Source of the DNA: a virus | IMG/VR virus record: IMGVR_UViG_3300034109_001012 | Reading direction: 5' to 3' (one strand) | Length of the DNA: 64,000 bases | Part shown: one piece after another, positions 8,516 to 18,329 of the stretch | Layout of the letters: every line of letters begins with the position of its first letter | How positions within the stretch are numbered: the stretch's first letter is position 1 | The notes under the pieces: model-generated | Database searches by the model: none | Told to the model about the DNA's origin: nothing | The model's input: only the letters and a program-made list of their open reading frames with translations | Position numbers and translations under genes: made by a program

Positions 8516-9067
8516 TTACCATTTAGAAGTCTGACAAACAGTTCCCCAACCCTCAAAAATTTCCTCAAATCTTTGAGGTTGCAATCCAAAATAAAATAGA
8601 GTTTGGGAGAATCGGTTTTGGTTTTGTTTCTTCCCTTCCACTGCCCGTTTTGGGGAATAAAAAGTTAACCGAGTTGACGGCAGGCAGAAGCGATCGCACC
8701 GATTCAAAGCCTTCTTGTACCAAACTGTACTGTTGTCGGTATTGGTTAACAAGAATGCTTCCGCTTCAGTCTCGTTCAATGTTGCAATCAATTTATCAAC
8801 AACCTTCTCAATAAATCCCGCGCTGTAGGGAGGGTTCAACCAGAGTGTTTTAGCCCGTCTCCAGTTCTGTTTAAATCCATCATCTTGAATTGTAAATATC
8901 TTTTGAGCTTTAATAATTTGATTAGCTTGTTCACAGCTAAAAGGATCTAACTCAGGATGCCCATAAAACTTGTGGACTAAACCGATTAAATCTGATGGGG
9001 TATAATTTTCGTTTGAATCAATTAATGATGGCTGTGTTTCAAACAGACAAAGTTGTTGTATAATCAT
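8516..9067 (-). CDS. phage Dam-type N6-adenine DNA methyltransferase
   Basis: LWLNPPYS (NPPY motif IV) and ELDPFSCEQ. The ~180-aa size is typical of phage Dam. AGGAG SD lies 9 nt upstream. Confidence 0.7.
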   Translation of the reverse strand: MIIQQLCLFETQPSLIDSNENYTPSDLIGLVHKFYGHPELDPFSCEQANQIIKAQKIFTIQDDGFKQNWRRAKTLWLNPPYSAGFIEKVVDKLIATLNETEAEAFLLTNTDNSTVWYKKALNRCDRFCLPSTRLTFYSPKRAVEGKKQNQNRFSQTLFYFGLQPQRFEEIFEGWGTVCQTSKW

Positions 9068-9137
9068 TGTTGTTTACTCCTAGTGCGTGTGGTTGTTTAA
9101 AAGTATCTGAGATGCTCTACAAACTCAGGTACTTTTT

Positions 9138-9146
9138 TGTTATAAT
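9138..9146 (+). promoter_or_regulatory. extended -10 promoter TGtTATAAT
   Basis: TG-n-TATAAT lies 26 nt upstream of the ATG at 9172. Confidence 0.5.
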
Positions 9147-9171
9147 ATAATAAGGTCTATTTTAAATTAAA

Positions 9172-9783
9172 ATGCAAGCAGAAACTTGGGATGATTCAGC
9201 TATTTCTGAGTTAATAGCTTTAAAGACTCAAGGGTTAAGTTATTCTGAGATTGCAGAGGTGATGGGTAGACAAAAACGAGCCGTCGCCACGAAGTACAGA
9301 AAACTATTCCCAGTCAATCCTAGCCAATCAAAACCCCATGCCAATTGGTCATCTCAGGAAACAACTTTTTTATCTCAAGTCGCTTCAAAATATCCCCGCG
9401 CCTTGGTTTACAAATATTATAATAGTTTAGCTAAAGAGTATGGGATGCCAACTCGGAGCGCGATTGCAGTTAGTTATAAGTTATGGTCTATGGGTCAAGA
9501 AACCTCAGCTAATGGATTCTTAACCGTAAGACAGACCGCCATCGGGTTAGGGTTCACCCAGACTAAGATAATTGGCTTTATTTCTGATGGTTTGGCAGTG
9601 GAGAAAGAGAATAAAACATATTATATTAAACAAGAAGATTTGATTGATTTCTTAATTGATAATCCTGAGAAAATGATCGGAATACCGGAGTCGGGTTTCA
9701 TGTGGTTTATGAAGGTTTTAAAAGAAGTTAGGGAGTGCGATCGCAATACCAACAACGGGGTAAACAAAGATGGACGACTTTAA
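9172..9783 (+). CDS. Myb/SANT-like DNA-binding protein
   Basis: WDDSAISELIALKTQGLSYSEIAEVMGRQKRAVATKYRKL is a Myb/GcrA-like HTH. A second W-containing repeat follows (WSSQETTFLSQVASKYP...). Confidence 0.45.
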   Translation: MQAETWDDSAISELIALKTQGLSYSEIAEVMGRQKRAVATKYRKLFPVNPSQSKPHANWSSQETTFLSQVASKYPRALVYKYYNSLAKEYGMPTRSAIAVSYKLWSMGQETSANGFLTVRQTAIGLGFTQTKIIGFISDGLAVEKENKTYYIKQEDLIDFLIDNPEKMIGIPESGFMWFMKVLKEVRECDRNTNNGVNKDGRL

Positions 9784-10678
9784 GGGTTCAACAAACTTAA
9801 CAACAACTGAAATATTGTTTTTTCCTACGGTAGATTTTACTCGAATGATATGGGGAACGCAAGCCGAAAGTGGAACCCTTGTATTGTTAAGGAGTACGCC
9901 CGAATTTTATACTACAACTGAAGTCTATACATCCCCTGCGTATCATACATTATCGGGCTTCTTTATTCTGTCTACCAATTCCGAGATAACAACACTAAAC
10001 GCCTCTGTCTCGGCTCCTGCTAAGATAGAAAGTTCAGCAACCTTACCCGGCTTTATTCAGTCAATTAAAGGTAGTATAAAGGGCAAACCATCTAGTAAAG
10101 GGATATCATTCTACAACTCGGATTCAACGGTCACACTATTTGCATCCGAGGATAGAATAGCACCAAGCAAGGAGTCACTAGAAAAGTTAACTCTCAAGAT
10201 ATTTAATACCGAGAATGATTGGTATTTGGGGTTAGCTTCTTTCCCTGAATTGGTGATATCCTCAACCCCGGATTCTCTAAAATCAATCTCAGAAGAAATC
10301 TTTACTGTTGTTCAGTCTACCAGTTCAGATATTCTTGATCATAGTGTTTTGGTTGGCACTGACACGGCGACAATAGCTTGTTTTTATCAGTATCAACAAA
10401 CTGATATCTCCTTTGAATATATAGAGACTAGGGCTTGTTATCAAGCCAACTATTCTAACGCTTCATTTGTTGGGGGTAAAACTGATATACTTGGTGATGT
10501 ATTGTTCTTATTCTCAGTAAATGATGATAATGATTCGGTCGTTAGTCATGCAGCACATTTAACCGCCCCTATGTTGTTAAGAGGGATGGATTCAGAATCT
10601 ACCAATAAAGATGTATTAGAATACAATAACTTTGATATTGAGGTGAAATTCGGATGGCGGGAAATAATTATAATCTAA
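9770..10678 (+). CDS. hypothetical protein (Ser/Thr-rich, possibly structural)
   Basis: 302-aa ORF with overlapping coupling at both ends. Confidence 0.45.
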   Translation: MDDFKGSTNLTTTEILFFPTVDFTRMIWGTQAESGTLVLLRSTPEFYTTTEVYTSPAYHTLSGFFILSTNSEITTLNASVSAPAKIESSATLPGFIQSIKGSIKGKPSSKGISFYNSDSTVTLFASEDRIAPSKESLEKLTLKIFNTENDWYLGLASFPELVISSTPDSLKSISEEIFTVVQSTSSDILDHSVLVGTDTATIACFYQYQQTDISFEYIETRACYQANYSNASFVGGKTDILGDVLFLFSVNDDNDSVVSHAAHLTAPMLLRGMDSESTNKDVLEYNNFDIEVKFGWREIIII

Positions 10679-13068
10679 AAGGTGGTTATGTTCAACAAGG
10701 GAAGATATACACCGGACAAATTAAGGGTGATATAGCTTTTGTTTACTCTCGTTTAAAAAGAGAGGACGAGGTTTTTGGTGGCACAACTGGTTATACAACC
10801 CAGAGTAGATCGTGGCGAAGGGTAGTAGTGGAAAAGCCATCCCCTCAAGAATTTCCGGGGGGAGGTGGTCAGGGTTATTGCTGTATCGAATGCCCTGATA
10901 ATTGTGGGGATTATACTACCAAAGAAAGATGTTTAGCAGGGTCAACTGACAAAGAAGTTGATAGCGGTTCCGATAGTTCTTTGGGTGCTCAAAGCATGAC
11001 AGTGTTTTTAATGTATTTACTTGGAAAACCAGGATCAGGCCCTTACACTGAAACCGACTTAGCCGTTTCTTCTACAACTTCGGGTGATGAGATTGCGGTC
11101 TGGACTAGAGGGTTTATTGGGGGAGAGTTACGACCTTTTATAAGCCCCGCCGCATCTATGTCGGCTAACGATGCTCTAATAGTCCCACCCGGAACAGGCA
11201 GGGGATTTCCTGGTGCGATTGGTTGGTATGGGGGTTTACCGAGTTGGAAGGGTGCTGTATGGGCGTATCATCGGGACTATGTAGCTTATTACGCGGATTA
11301 CTCGACTACAGAGTACGGGGAGAGTTATCACGACGGAGCTTCGGGCTATCTTAACGGAGTTGGTGGAACACCTTCTCCTGGGTATAAAGATAATTGGACT
11401 ATTACACAATACAACCAAGATCATCAAGCCGATTTTTTAACCTTTGGTCGTGATGTTTTTACAACAATCGGAGAATCTACATGGTGTTCTACTGGGGATC
11501 TTAAAACAATCACTGGCTATGCTCATGATCAAATAATAAAAAATCCGTTCTCCGACGATCCAACACACACATACAGAGGTAGGAGGTATAACGGATATGG
11601 AATCCCAGCACAAGAGTACAACGGGCATATAACCTCAATCGATCAGACCGTCAGAGGCCCAAGAACTGCCAACGACAAGTTTGATGAGTTCACCTCTTGC
11701 GATAGTTTATGCGTAGTTTGGCGTGGCGATATTCTTGTGGCGGGGGGTGTGGCAAACTTAATGAACAATATTAAAAACTATTGGGGCTTTGAAACATCTC
11801 TTTTATGTGGTGGTCATTCCTCTGTTCAGGGTTGTTTTTCTGGTAGCAGTATAGGGGGAGATATTGGAAACCTAGAAAGACCTACCCCACCCGTGATCAC
11901 ATGGGGAGAAGTCAAGGGTAGAAAATCAGAGGTTTTTCTAAACTTTCAAGACTTAATGGGTAACGTCAAAGAACTGAAATTACCCGTGGAGTTTTCCAGT
12001 CGCCCAACCCATATTCGATTCGACAATTCAGAGTTTTATCCAGACGGTGTTAGTGGTTGGCTACCGAGACAGCCGTGGTATGCAGTTGAATGGTTCGATT
12101 CTCGAATATCAATGACTAAAGACGATATTTTTGTAGACATTCTTTACGAGATGGTTCAGGAGTGGGAACCCGTGAACGGTGCTATCAGACTATTAGCTAC
12201 AAGTGAACCCACAGAAAAAGATACCACACCTATCCCCCCGGTTATCGCTTCATATTACAATATTTGTGGAAATTACCATTGGCATCAGTTCTTGGATAGC
12301 GATAGCGATAGATTCAAGGGATTCTCTCGCCCCAAGAAAACAAGATTTAACAAGATAAAATCATTTAAAATTAATAAAATTTCGTTTGCAATTACAGCAA
12401 CAGCTAATTATACTTATCCTACACCGCCAGCACTTTCTCAAGAGACATTGCACAATAATTTGATTAAACACTATACCCTGTTAGATACAAGAACATATTT
12501 AGGATACTGGGATTATTATGAGAAGGTATTTGAAGACGGATTATCTAGTGAGACATATTTAGAGTATGGAGAGATTAAGATTCCATACTTACCCGATAGC
12601 GTTGAATATCTGGGATTACCCCTAACCTATCCTCAGTTAATGGAACGGGCAGAACAATTCGCTAGAGCCAATGACTTTATTAAACCTCAATCAAGTTGGA
12701 CTCAATTAGATTGGATATTCTGGGAATTATTAGAGCGCCCAAATAAAACAGATGGAATATCTTATATTGAGTTTTTGAAAAATGGAAAGTTCGGCTACCA
12801 CGGCAGAACTCAGCAAGTGACAGCTAGACCTCAAACTAGCTTAATAAAAGTAGATTCTCCCTATGCTTTTTATGTAAGACAACCCGAATCGGGAATCGGA
12901 AGATCATTAAATATTCCAGACTACTATCTAAGAGTTCTTGAAAGTGAAAGACTCAGAAGCGGAGCAAAATTAGACAAAACAGGCAAAATTGTTAAGTGGT
13001 GGAGGGTTAGCCCTGTTAGTTTTCCGGTTATAATGACAGGGGGAGAAAAAGCTATTGCGATTAATTAA
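10654..13068 (+). CDS. large hypothetical protein (804 aa)
   Basis: Long ORF with a Cys cluster (GYCCIECPDNCGDY). No motif recognised. Confidence 0.55.
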   Translation: MAGNNYNLKGGYVQQGKIYTGQIKGDIAFVYSRLKREDEVFGGTTGYTTQSRSWRRVVVEKPSPQEFPGGGGQGYCCIECPDNCGDYTTKERCLAGSTDKEVDSGSDSSLGAQSMTVFLMYLLGKPGSGPYTETDLAVSSTTSGDEIAVWTRGFIGGELRPFISPAASMSANDALIVPPGTGRGFPGAIGWYGGLPSWKGAVWAYHRDYVAYYADYSTTEYGESYHDGASGYLNGVGGTPSPGYKDNWTITQYNQDHQADFLTFGRDVFTTIGESTWCSTGDLKTITGYAHDQIIKNPFSDDPTHTYRGRRYNGYGIPAQEYNGHITSIDQTVRGPRTANDKFDEFTSCDSLCVVWRGDILVAGGVANLMNNIKNYWGFETSLLCGGHSSVQGCFSGSSIGGDIGNLERPTPPVITWGEVKGRKSEVFLNFQDLMGNVKELKLPVEFSSRPTHIRFDNSEFYPDGVSGWLPRQPWYAVEWFDSRISMTKDDIFVDILYEMVQEWEPVNGAIRLLATSEPTEKDTTPIPPVIASYYNICGNYHWHQFLDSDSDRFKGFSRPKKTRFNKIKSFKINKISFAITATANYTYPTPPALSQETLHNNLIKHYTLLDTRTYLGYWDYYEKVFEDGLSSETYLEYGEIKIPYLPDSVEYLGLPLTYPQLMERAEQFARANDFIKPQSSWTQLDWIFWELLERPNKTDGISYIEFLKNGKFGYHGRTQQVTARPQTSLIKVDSPYAFYVRQPESGIGRSLNIPDYYLRVLESERLRSGAKLDKTGKIVKWWRVSPVSFPVIMTGGEKAIAIN

Positions 13069-13070
13069 TT

Positions 13071-13622
13071 ATGCCATACGGAAATCCATTTTTTTCTGAG
13101 CTATTCCTAAAGCAATACGGGTTATACAACCTCTCAAAACATTATGAGATTCTCCATGCGGGGTTTCCTCCATTAAAGACATCAACGTCGAGCCAACCTA
13201 TTAATCTCCCTCTAATATTCCCTAGGGTTGATGCTTTCCTTTGTTCAAAAGAAACCTTTTCCTGGGCGGTTGAACTTTATGATGTAGAGGGAGAAGGAAC
13301 TGAAACCGATTTAGTTAGTAAAGGAATAGGAGTTTTTGTGGTTAAAGGGCTTGGTATTCCTTCACCCAACGACCGAACAGTAACTATTAAAGACAATATG
13401 GAACGGGGCTTGGATTATAAAGGAAGCCTTTTCCCTTTGGGGATATCTTATTATAAAACCAATGATGATACTGCTTATCAATTAAACGGTGAAAGAGAGC
13501 GAGAAATTGAAATAACAGGGGATGATTACGACTTCCCAGGTATTGAGCCATTTGATTTTTACAGGGATAACAATATCCCCCATGGTCAATTATTAGACAT
13601 GGCTATTTATATTTATGACTGA
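13071..13622 (+). CDS. hypothetical protein
   Basis: 183-aa ORF starting 2 nt after the previous stop. Confidence 0.5.
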   Translation: MPYGNPFFSELFLKQYGLYNLSKHYEILHAGFPPLKTSTSSQPINLPLIFPRVDAFLCSKETFSWAVELYDVEGEGTETDLVSKGIGVFVVKGLGIPSPNDRTVTIKDNMERGLDYKGSLFPLGISYYKTNDDTAYQLNGEREREIEITGDDYDFPGIEPFDFYRDNNIPHGQLLDMAIYIYD

Positions 13623-14359
13623 GCAAATAAATTCAACTTCTCAAAAGTAGGCATCCGCCGCCCAACCTCGGCATCCTCAGAACACAGCCACCAATTACAA
13701 AATGATTTGATTTGGTGATTGTTTGCGATCGCTTCCAACTCCCCCCATAAGAAATCACAGGCGAGTTTATCAAGATCATTCTTATACCACAAACTTGCCT
13801 CAATAAAATGTACCGGAATATCGCCAAACATCCCAATTATTTCAGGGAGTCGGGCTAAAACAACCGGAGCATTGTAACTCTTGATGTGAGTTTGAATCCC
13901 AACTTCTACCGGAAAATCCTTAGCTAGTTCGTGGCAGATATTAGCGATCGCACGCCATTTATTCAGAAGATGTGGTCTGAAATCTCCTAAAATTATTCGC
14001 GTGCTAGGATTAGCAGTATAGGCAGCTTCACAATAACGCTTTAGGTCATCGAGGGAATAGTTGGGATACGGAATCCCAAGGTCATCCGTCCATTCATTTA
14101 CTAACACCCACTCAGTGATCTGTGGAAATCTCTCAACCCTTCTATGCACCCATTCAATAATTGAATCACAACCGGAAAATGGGCAGGGTTTGTGATGTTT
14201 GTTGCCATATAAAAACTGCGCTCGGATGATTTTATTAGGGAAATTCAGATGGTTTTTTGTGCCATCTTGATTGAAACATTGCCAGTGGTAGCCGATCACA
14301 ACCCCGTCAAACGGGGTCAAATCCAATGGCAAAGAACTTCCACAGGTAAACTGCATCAA
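13613..14359 (-). CDS. putative clan GH-A (TIM-barrel) glycoside hydrolase
   Basis: WVLVNEW (NE acid/base-type motif) and VHFIEAS (candidate nucleophile Glu). 248 aa. Confidence 0.4.
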   Translation of the reverse strand: MMQFTCGSSLPLDLTPFDGVVIGYHWQCFNQDGTKNHLNFPNKIIRAQFLYGNKHHKPCPFSGCDSIIEWVHRRVERFPQITEWVLVNEWTDDLGIPYPNYSLDDLKRYCEAAYTANPSTRIILGDFRPHLLNKWRAIANICHELAKDFPVEVGIQTHIKSYNAPVVLARLPEIIGMFGDIPVHFIEASLWYKNDLDKLACDFLWGELEAIANNHQIKSFCNWWLCSEDAEVGRRMPTFEKLNLFAQS

Positions 14360-14835
14360 CTAGCGCCACCTCCTGCCACCCAACCGCCATTGAAAGCGGT
14401 ATAAACTATTCCCGTTGACGTATCCTTCCAAGACTCCCGATTCGAGTTAGGAGTCTTAGATAAACTTGCGGGGGTTCCGGTGTGGAGTCGCATCCTAGTA
14501 TCTATCTCTACCCATGTCGTACCGTTGTAGATGTAACTAATAACCGAATCATAACTATTGACGGCGTTATTCTCCTGATACCGCCAACGGGTTCCGGTGG
14601 CAGCCGCACCTGTCGGCAAAGTGTTAGCAGAAACTTCAGTATCACTAGAAACAAACCAGCGACCAGTCCCACCCGTTGCTGTGTAGCACGATTTACTATT
14701 AGCAGTTGCGGTGGATGTTTTATCTAGTCCGAGCCACGTCTTTTCAGCCCGCGCCCAAAAGATAATCCCATCCTCTAAAGTCGTGGTGCTTAATGCCACG
14801 ATTGCAGCGATATTAGTTTGCGTCGCCATGTGCAT
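14356..14835 (-). CDS. hypothetical protein (fibre/receptor-binding-like composition)
   Basis: 159 aa, rich in Thr/Gly/Ala/Trp. ATGA overlap with the hydrolase gene. Confidence 0.45.
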   Translation of the reverse strand: MHMATQTNIAAIVALSTTTLEDGIIFWARAEKTWLGLDKTSTATANSKSCYTATGGTGRWFVSSDTEVSANTLPTGAAATGTRWRYQENNAVNSYDSVISYIYNGTTWVEIDTRMRLHTGTPASLSKTPNSNRESWKDTSTGIVYTAFNGGWVAGGGAS

Positions 14836-14848
14836 AATTAATAGTTCC

Positions 14849-15214
14849 TTAAATAGCAGCTACAGTTAAGTTTAGCAAAGTCGAACCATATCCAGGAGAT
14901 GGGGAGTTCCATCCCTCAACATTGTCAGAATCCCAATTATTAATCCCGTCAGAATCCCAGATCAGATTAATAGGAACATCTGAAACTAGACAATCCATTT
15001 TAGATCCTGAGTTTAGAAAAACTTTGGTTTGCAATTGCCACGGATTACCCTGTTCAACCTTCGCGTTAAACAGAAACGGTCTAATGGTTAAATAGCCGTC
15101 CGTTGATAGAAGATTAGAAGCCACACCCCCAATGATCATATAATCCTGAGTCGGATTCAAAAGTGTGGTTAAATTATTTTCAACCCTAACGTTTATTGAT
15201 TCAGCTAACGCCAT
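14849..15214 (-). CDS. hypothetical protein
   Basis: 121-aa ORF, first gene of a three-gene minus-strand block. Confidence 0.45.
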   Translation of the reverse strand: MALAESINVRVENNLTTLLNPTQDYMIIGGVASNLLSTDGYLTIRPFLFNAKVEQGNPWQLQTKVFLNSGSKMDCLVSDVPINLIWDSDGINNWDSDNVEGWNSPSPGYGSTLLNLTVAAI

Positions 15215-15276
15215 ATTCTTATTTTCAAAAACTACTTATATTATATAATAAAACAATAGTTTTAAGTTGATTAATT

Positions 15277-15534
15277 ATGATCAATCAGGAATTAGAGAAT
15301 GCGATTGCTATTGTGGAAAAATGGTTAGCCCCTCAATTCCTAGGAAAGAGGGCAGTATTTATCTATCCCTCCAAAGCTCAGAAAGATTTAGGACTAACTG
15401 AAAAAGTATTCTGGTTTGCAATTTTTACTTTAGTTGAGCAACAGAAAATCAGCTTAGGTGAAAACGATTACATGGCAATTTATCCGGCTGCAATTGTATT
15501 AAGTAAACATCAAGGATCAATCAATGAGCGATAA
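15277..15534 (+). CDS. hypothetical protein (possible winged helix)
   Basis: 85-aa ORF downstream of an AT-rich divergent promoter region. Confidence 0.4.
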   Translation: MINQELENAIAIVEKWLAPQFLGKRAVFIYPSKAQKDLGLTEKVFWFAIFTLVEQQKISLGENDYMAIYPAAIVLSKHQGSINER

Positions 15535-15808
15535 AAAAAACCCGCCATGTCCGAAGTGTGGGCATAGGATGAAAAAGAACGGGGTGTTGGTTGATGGTCG
15601 GCAAAAGTGGCGCTGTACCCCCTGCGGAGCGTCCCAAACCTCCGACCCTAAGCCCGTGGGAAGACCGAGAATTCATCCCAAAACTGATCCTAAGCCTATG
15701 GGTAGACCGTCTATTTTTCCAGGTAGGAAATTGACCGATGCCGAATCTTATTTAAGGCATAAGAAGAAAAAGGCTATGCTGGCTCTCAAGGCAAAATTTG
15801 AGGATTAA
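15524..15808 (+). CDS. zinc-ribbon protein with two AT-hook-like repeats
   Basis: CPKCG...17 aa...CTPCG forms a zinc ribbon. KPVGRPRIHPK and KPMGRPSIFPGRK are GRP cores flanked by basic residues. Confidence 0.55.
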   Translation: MSDKKNPPCPKCGHRMKKNGVLVDGRQKWRCTPCGASQTSDPKPVGRPRIHPKTDPKPMGRPSIFPGRKLTDAESYLRHKKKKAMLALKAKFED

Positions 15809-15814
15809 CCAAAA

Positions 15815-15847
15815 GACTGAACTCCTTGCATAGCAAGGAGTTCAGTC
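15815..15847 (+). terminator. perfect 15-bp hairpin
   Basis: GACTGAACTCCTTGC-ATA-GCAAGGAGTTCAGTC lies directly after the stop at 15808. An A/T-rich tract follows. Confidence 0.55.
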
Positions 15848-15874
15848 AATCTAAAAAATATTTTATTTTAGGGG

Positions 15875-15903
15875 TTGACATATAGCCGTAAGTCTACTAT
15901 ATT
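15875..15903 (+). promoter_or_regulatory. near-consensus sigma70-type promoter P1
   Basis: TTGACA-17 nt-TATATT. It shares TTGACATATAGCCGT with P2 and P3. An A/T UP-like tract lies upstream. Confidence 0.7.
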
Positions 15904-15936
15904 TAGATTATTGAAACACGCAGAGGACATAACACC

Positions 15937-16179
15937 ATGATTACTCGCCAAACAGACGATTCAAGCAAAACAAGTATCTGGACATTGGATATCGAAACAG
16001 CCCAAAAATTAGTTAAATCTCTAAAAGTGACTAAAGGATCTTGGGAATATAGCAACATCATCTATCCGATTAAATCTGCAATCAAAGCAAAACAGCAATG
16101 GGTAAACATCTACACAGAAGGATATGCAACGGGACAATTTGCCACAAGATTAGCCAATGCGGTCGGTTACATATACTAA
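15937..16179 (+). CDS. small early protein
   Basis: 80-aa ORF, 34 nt downstream of the P1 -10 element. Confidence 0.5.
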   Translation: MITRQTDDSSKTSIWTLDIETAQKLVKSLKVTKGSWEYSNIIYPIKSAIKAKQQWVNIYTEGYATGQFATRLANAVGYIY

Positions 16180-16250
16180 GAACCCTCATATCCTAGCCAA
16201 ACACCAAACGGCTAGGGATTTAATAAACCAAAACGCACAAAGGAGGACAG

Positions 16251-16526
16251 ATGAAAGCAGAGCAATTAAAAACAACAATTAAGGGGATAATTGACAGCGA
16301 CCCCGGATGGATTGACGGGGTTTCTACCAAAGAATTAGCCCAAAAACTGAAAGAAGAAAAGGACGTTATTTGCTCAGTCTCCACACTAAATAGAGCCATG
16401 CTCTCAATAGTCGGGGAAACTGAAGACGGTTATCCCACCAATGACGGAAACCTCGTTATGGGTGAGGATTGCCCCAATAACGGGAGAAGTACAGGGTTAA
16501 AGAAATATTACTGGTTTATCACATGA
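16251..16526 (+). CDS. small protein, possible wHTH
   Basis: 91-aa ORF with an AAAGGAGG SD upstream. Confidence 0.5.
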   Translation: MKAEQLKTTIKGIIDSDPGWIDGVSTKELAQKLKEEKDVICSVSTLNRAMLSIVGETEDGYPTNDGNLVMGEDCPNNGRSTGLKKYYWFIT

Positions 16527-16780
16527 CCAGAGAATGGAAACCTTCACTCTGGAAAGCCCAGAAAAAGTATAAAAAATCAGAGAAGGGTAAAGACAGGGAT
16601 CTGAAATACGAGGGTACGGAGAAGGCAAGGGAACGGCGGAAACGCTACCTTGCCAACTTAACCCCAGAGCAACAGGAAAATCGGCGCGAACAGAAAAGAT
16701 TGTGCGCCGAAAGGCGACGGGAGAGAGACAGACAGGAAGGGGTTGATCAATTAAAAAACCAAGGAAAAGACAATGATTGA
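16523..16780 (+). CDS. Lys/Arg-rich small protein, paralog of 18029..18256
   Basis: It shares KAQKKY..S.KGKDR.L.Y..(S/T)EK.RER.(K/R)RY..NL.PEQ...RE.KRL.A.R with the inverted paralog. Confidence 0.55.
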   Translation: MTREWKPSLWKAQKKYKKSEKGKDRDLKYEGTEKARERRKRYLANLTPEQQENRREQKRLCAERRRERDRQEGVDQLKNQGKDND

Positions 16781-17030
16781 ATTAACAGATTTAGAAAAGA
16801 AAGTCCTGCACTCCAGTCGGGACAATGAATATGGAGATCCAGCTGAAGACCCTGTCTGGGTTTTCTCTATCATCAAAAACTCTGGTATAGAATCTTCTAA
16901 AGCTAGAGGGGTTATTTCCTCTCTAGCAAAAAAAGGACTGGCTTTCGTAGACGACTACGAGGGCAACGGAAAAGCTGATGATATGGTTTTTTCTTTAACT
17001 CCACTAGGAGTTGAAATGAGTGGAGGTTAA
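16773..17030 (+). CDS. winged-helix-like small protein
   Basis: 85 aa. KARGVISSLAKKGLAFV resembles a MarR-type recognition helix and wing. Confidence 0.45.
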   Translation: MIELTDLEKKVLHSSRDNEYGDPAEDPVWVFSIIKNSGIESSKARGVISSLAKKGLAFVDDYEGNGKADDMVFSLTPLGVEMSGG

Positions 17031-17052
17031 GCGATCGCACTCCCAACAACAC

Positions 17053-17084
17053 AAAAACCCCAGGATTCAAGCCCTGGGGTTTTT
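17053..17084. terminator. bidirectional intrinsic terminator
   Basis: AAAAA-CCCCAGG-ATTCAAGC-CCTGGGG-TTTTT lies between convergent genes. Confidence 0.75.
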
Positions 17085-17098
17085 GTTGTTTCAACCTT

Positions 17099-17866
17099 CT
17101 AAACCGCCAAAACATCTACAACAGATTCAAACCACTGCAAATGTTGACGGGTTGCATCCTTAACGCCCTTCTGCGCAGCGAGTAATAGTTTAGAAAAAGC
17201 ACTCCCCTCTGGAGTTGGAACCCAAGCCGGATCTTTCCCCGTGGGGTTAGGAGTTTGCAATCCATTCTCGGCTAACAATTGATTAATTCGTCTGCCACTG
17301 TATTTGATGCCAGTACGCTGTTCTAGGATGACTCCAATTTCGGTGGGTGTCAGAAGTTTTTCCTTAACTTCGACGGTTAGATGTTTTTTGGCTTCTTCCA
17401 TCGCAGGAGCTAACGCCGGATAAGTTTTAGCGATGTTGTTGGCAATGACCCCTGAGATAAGTGTTGGGTCAACATTGGTGGGTCGGAAAACTGCCATAAC
17501 CGCATCACTAATCAGTTGAGGTGAAGGCTTGTCTAGTAAATTAATTCCATGAGTGTTTTTCAATTCCTTCTCGCACCGCAGGAAATATTGTCGGGTTTTC
17601 TTCCCTTGCTCCGTCCCTGACATCATCCCTAATGCCTTGAAACAATCGACGGTGAGATAGATGGATTCGCTAGGACGACCGCCATCTGGGGTTTTCATCC
17701 ATTCGGATAAATAGTCTTCCTCTTGTTCAAAGTTGCGGGTTAGCTTCTTTTTGGCAGCCTGTTTACTCGAATATCCCAACCATTGCCAAGCGTCTTCAAA
17801 ATCAACGGGGTATTCTTTACCGGAACCGAGTAAACTTAAAGCTAGTTCTTTGTTAAAGTTATTCAT
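17099..17866 (-). CDS. antirepressor-like protein (KilA-C/ANT-like C-terminus)
   Basis: The start is taken at [10 protein letters not shown]. The N-terminal [24 protein letters not shown] and C-terminal [33 protein letters not shown] resemble phage antirepressor domains. Confidence 0.5.
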   Translation of the reverse strand: MNNFNKELALSLLGSGKEYPVDFEDAWQWLGYSSKQAAKKKLTRNFEQEEDYLSEWMKTPDGGRPSESIYLTVDCFKALGMMSGTEQGKKTRQYFLRCEKELKNTHGINLLDKPSPQLISDAVMAVFRPTNVDPTLISGVIANNIAKTYPALAPAMEEAKKHLTVEVKEKLLTPTEIGVILEQRTGIKYSGRRINQLLAENGLQTPNPTGKDPAWVPTPEGSAFSKLLLAAQKGVKDATRQHLQWFESVVDVLAV

Positions 17867-17936
17867 TGTGATCCTGTTAGTTAGGTTTACAGCCCTTGGG
17901 TATTTGACGTACCGCGAAGGGCGATTTCTATTAACT

Positions 17937-17945
17937 ATTATACCA
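17937..17945 (-). promoter_or_regulatory. extended -10 promoter TGgTATAAT
   Basis: The reverse complement of 17937-17945 reads TGGTATAAT, about 70 nt upstream of the ATG at 17866. Confidence 0.5.
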
Positions 17946-18028
17946 CAATTAATGTTAATTAGTCTGGCAATTTTCCGATTAAAAGTATAGCGATCGCACC
18001 TCAAGATTAAATACTAGAGGATGTTAAA

Positions 18029-18256
18029 TTATTCGCTAAAACCATCAAGATTCCCATGTTTATCCTTCCATCGTTTCCGTCTAGCACTAAGCCGTTTAGC
18101 TTCCCTTTGTTTTTCCTTTTGTTCGGGTGAAAGGTTTTGAGCATAACGCCGTTTCCGTTCCCGACCTTTCTCAGAACGATCATAATCAAGGTTCCGATCT
18201 TTTCCTTTGTCGCTCTGACTATATTTAGCCTGTGCTTTCTTCAGTGACTCGCTCAT
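18029..18256 (-). CDS. Lys/Arg-rich small protein, paralog of 16523..16780
   Basis: 75 aa, same motif series as 16523..16780 but on the opposite strand. Confidence 0.55.
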   Translation of the reverse strand: MSESLKKAQAKYSQSDKGKDRNLDYDRSEKGRERKRRYAQNLSPEQKEKQREAKRLSARRKRWKDKHGNLDGFSE

Positions 18257-18320
18257 GCTATAATAACCTCACTTGTTGCTTAACTACGTCCTCTAGCCTT
18301 CTGGGTTAGAGGGCATCTTA

Positions 18321-18329
18321 ATTATAGCA
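18321..18329 (-). promoter_or_regulatory. extended -10 promoter TGcTATAAT
   Basis: The reverse complement reads TGCTATAAT. A hairpin (CCTCTAACC...GGCTAGAGG) follows in the 5' UTR. Confidence 0.45.
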
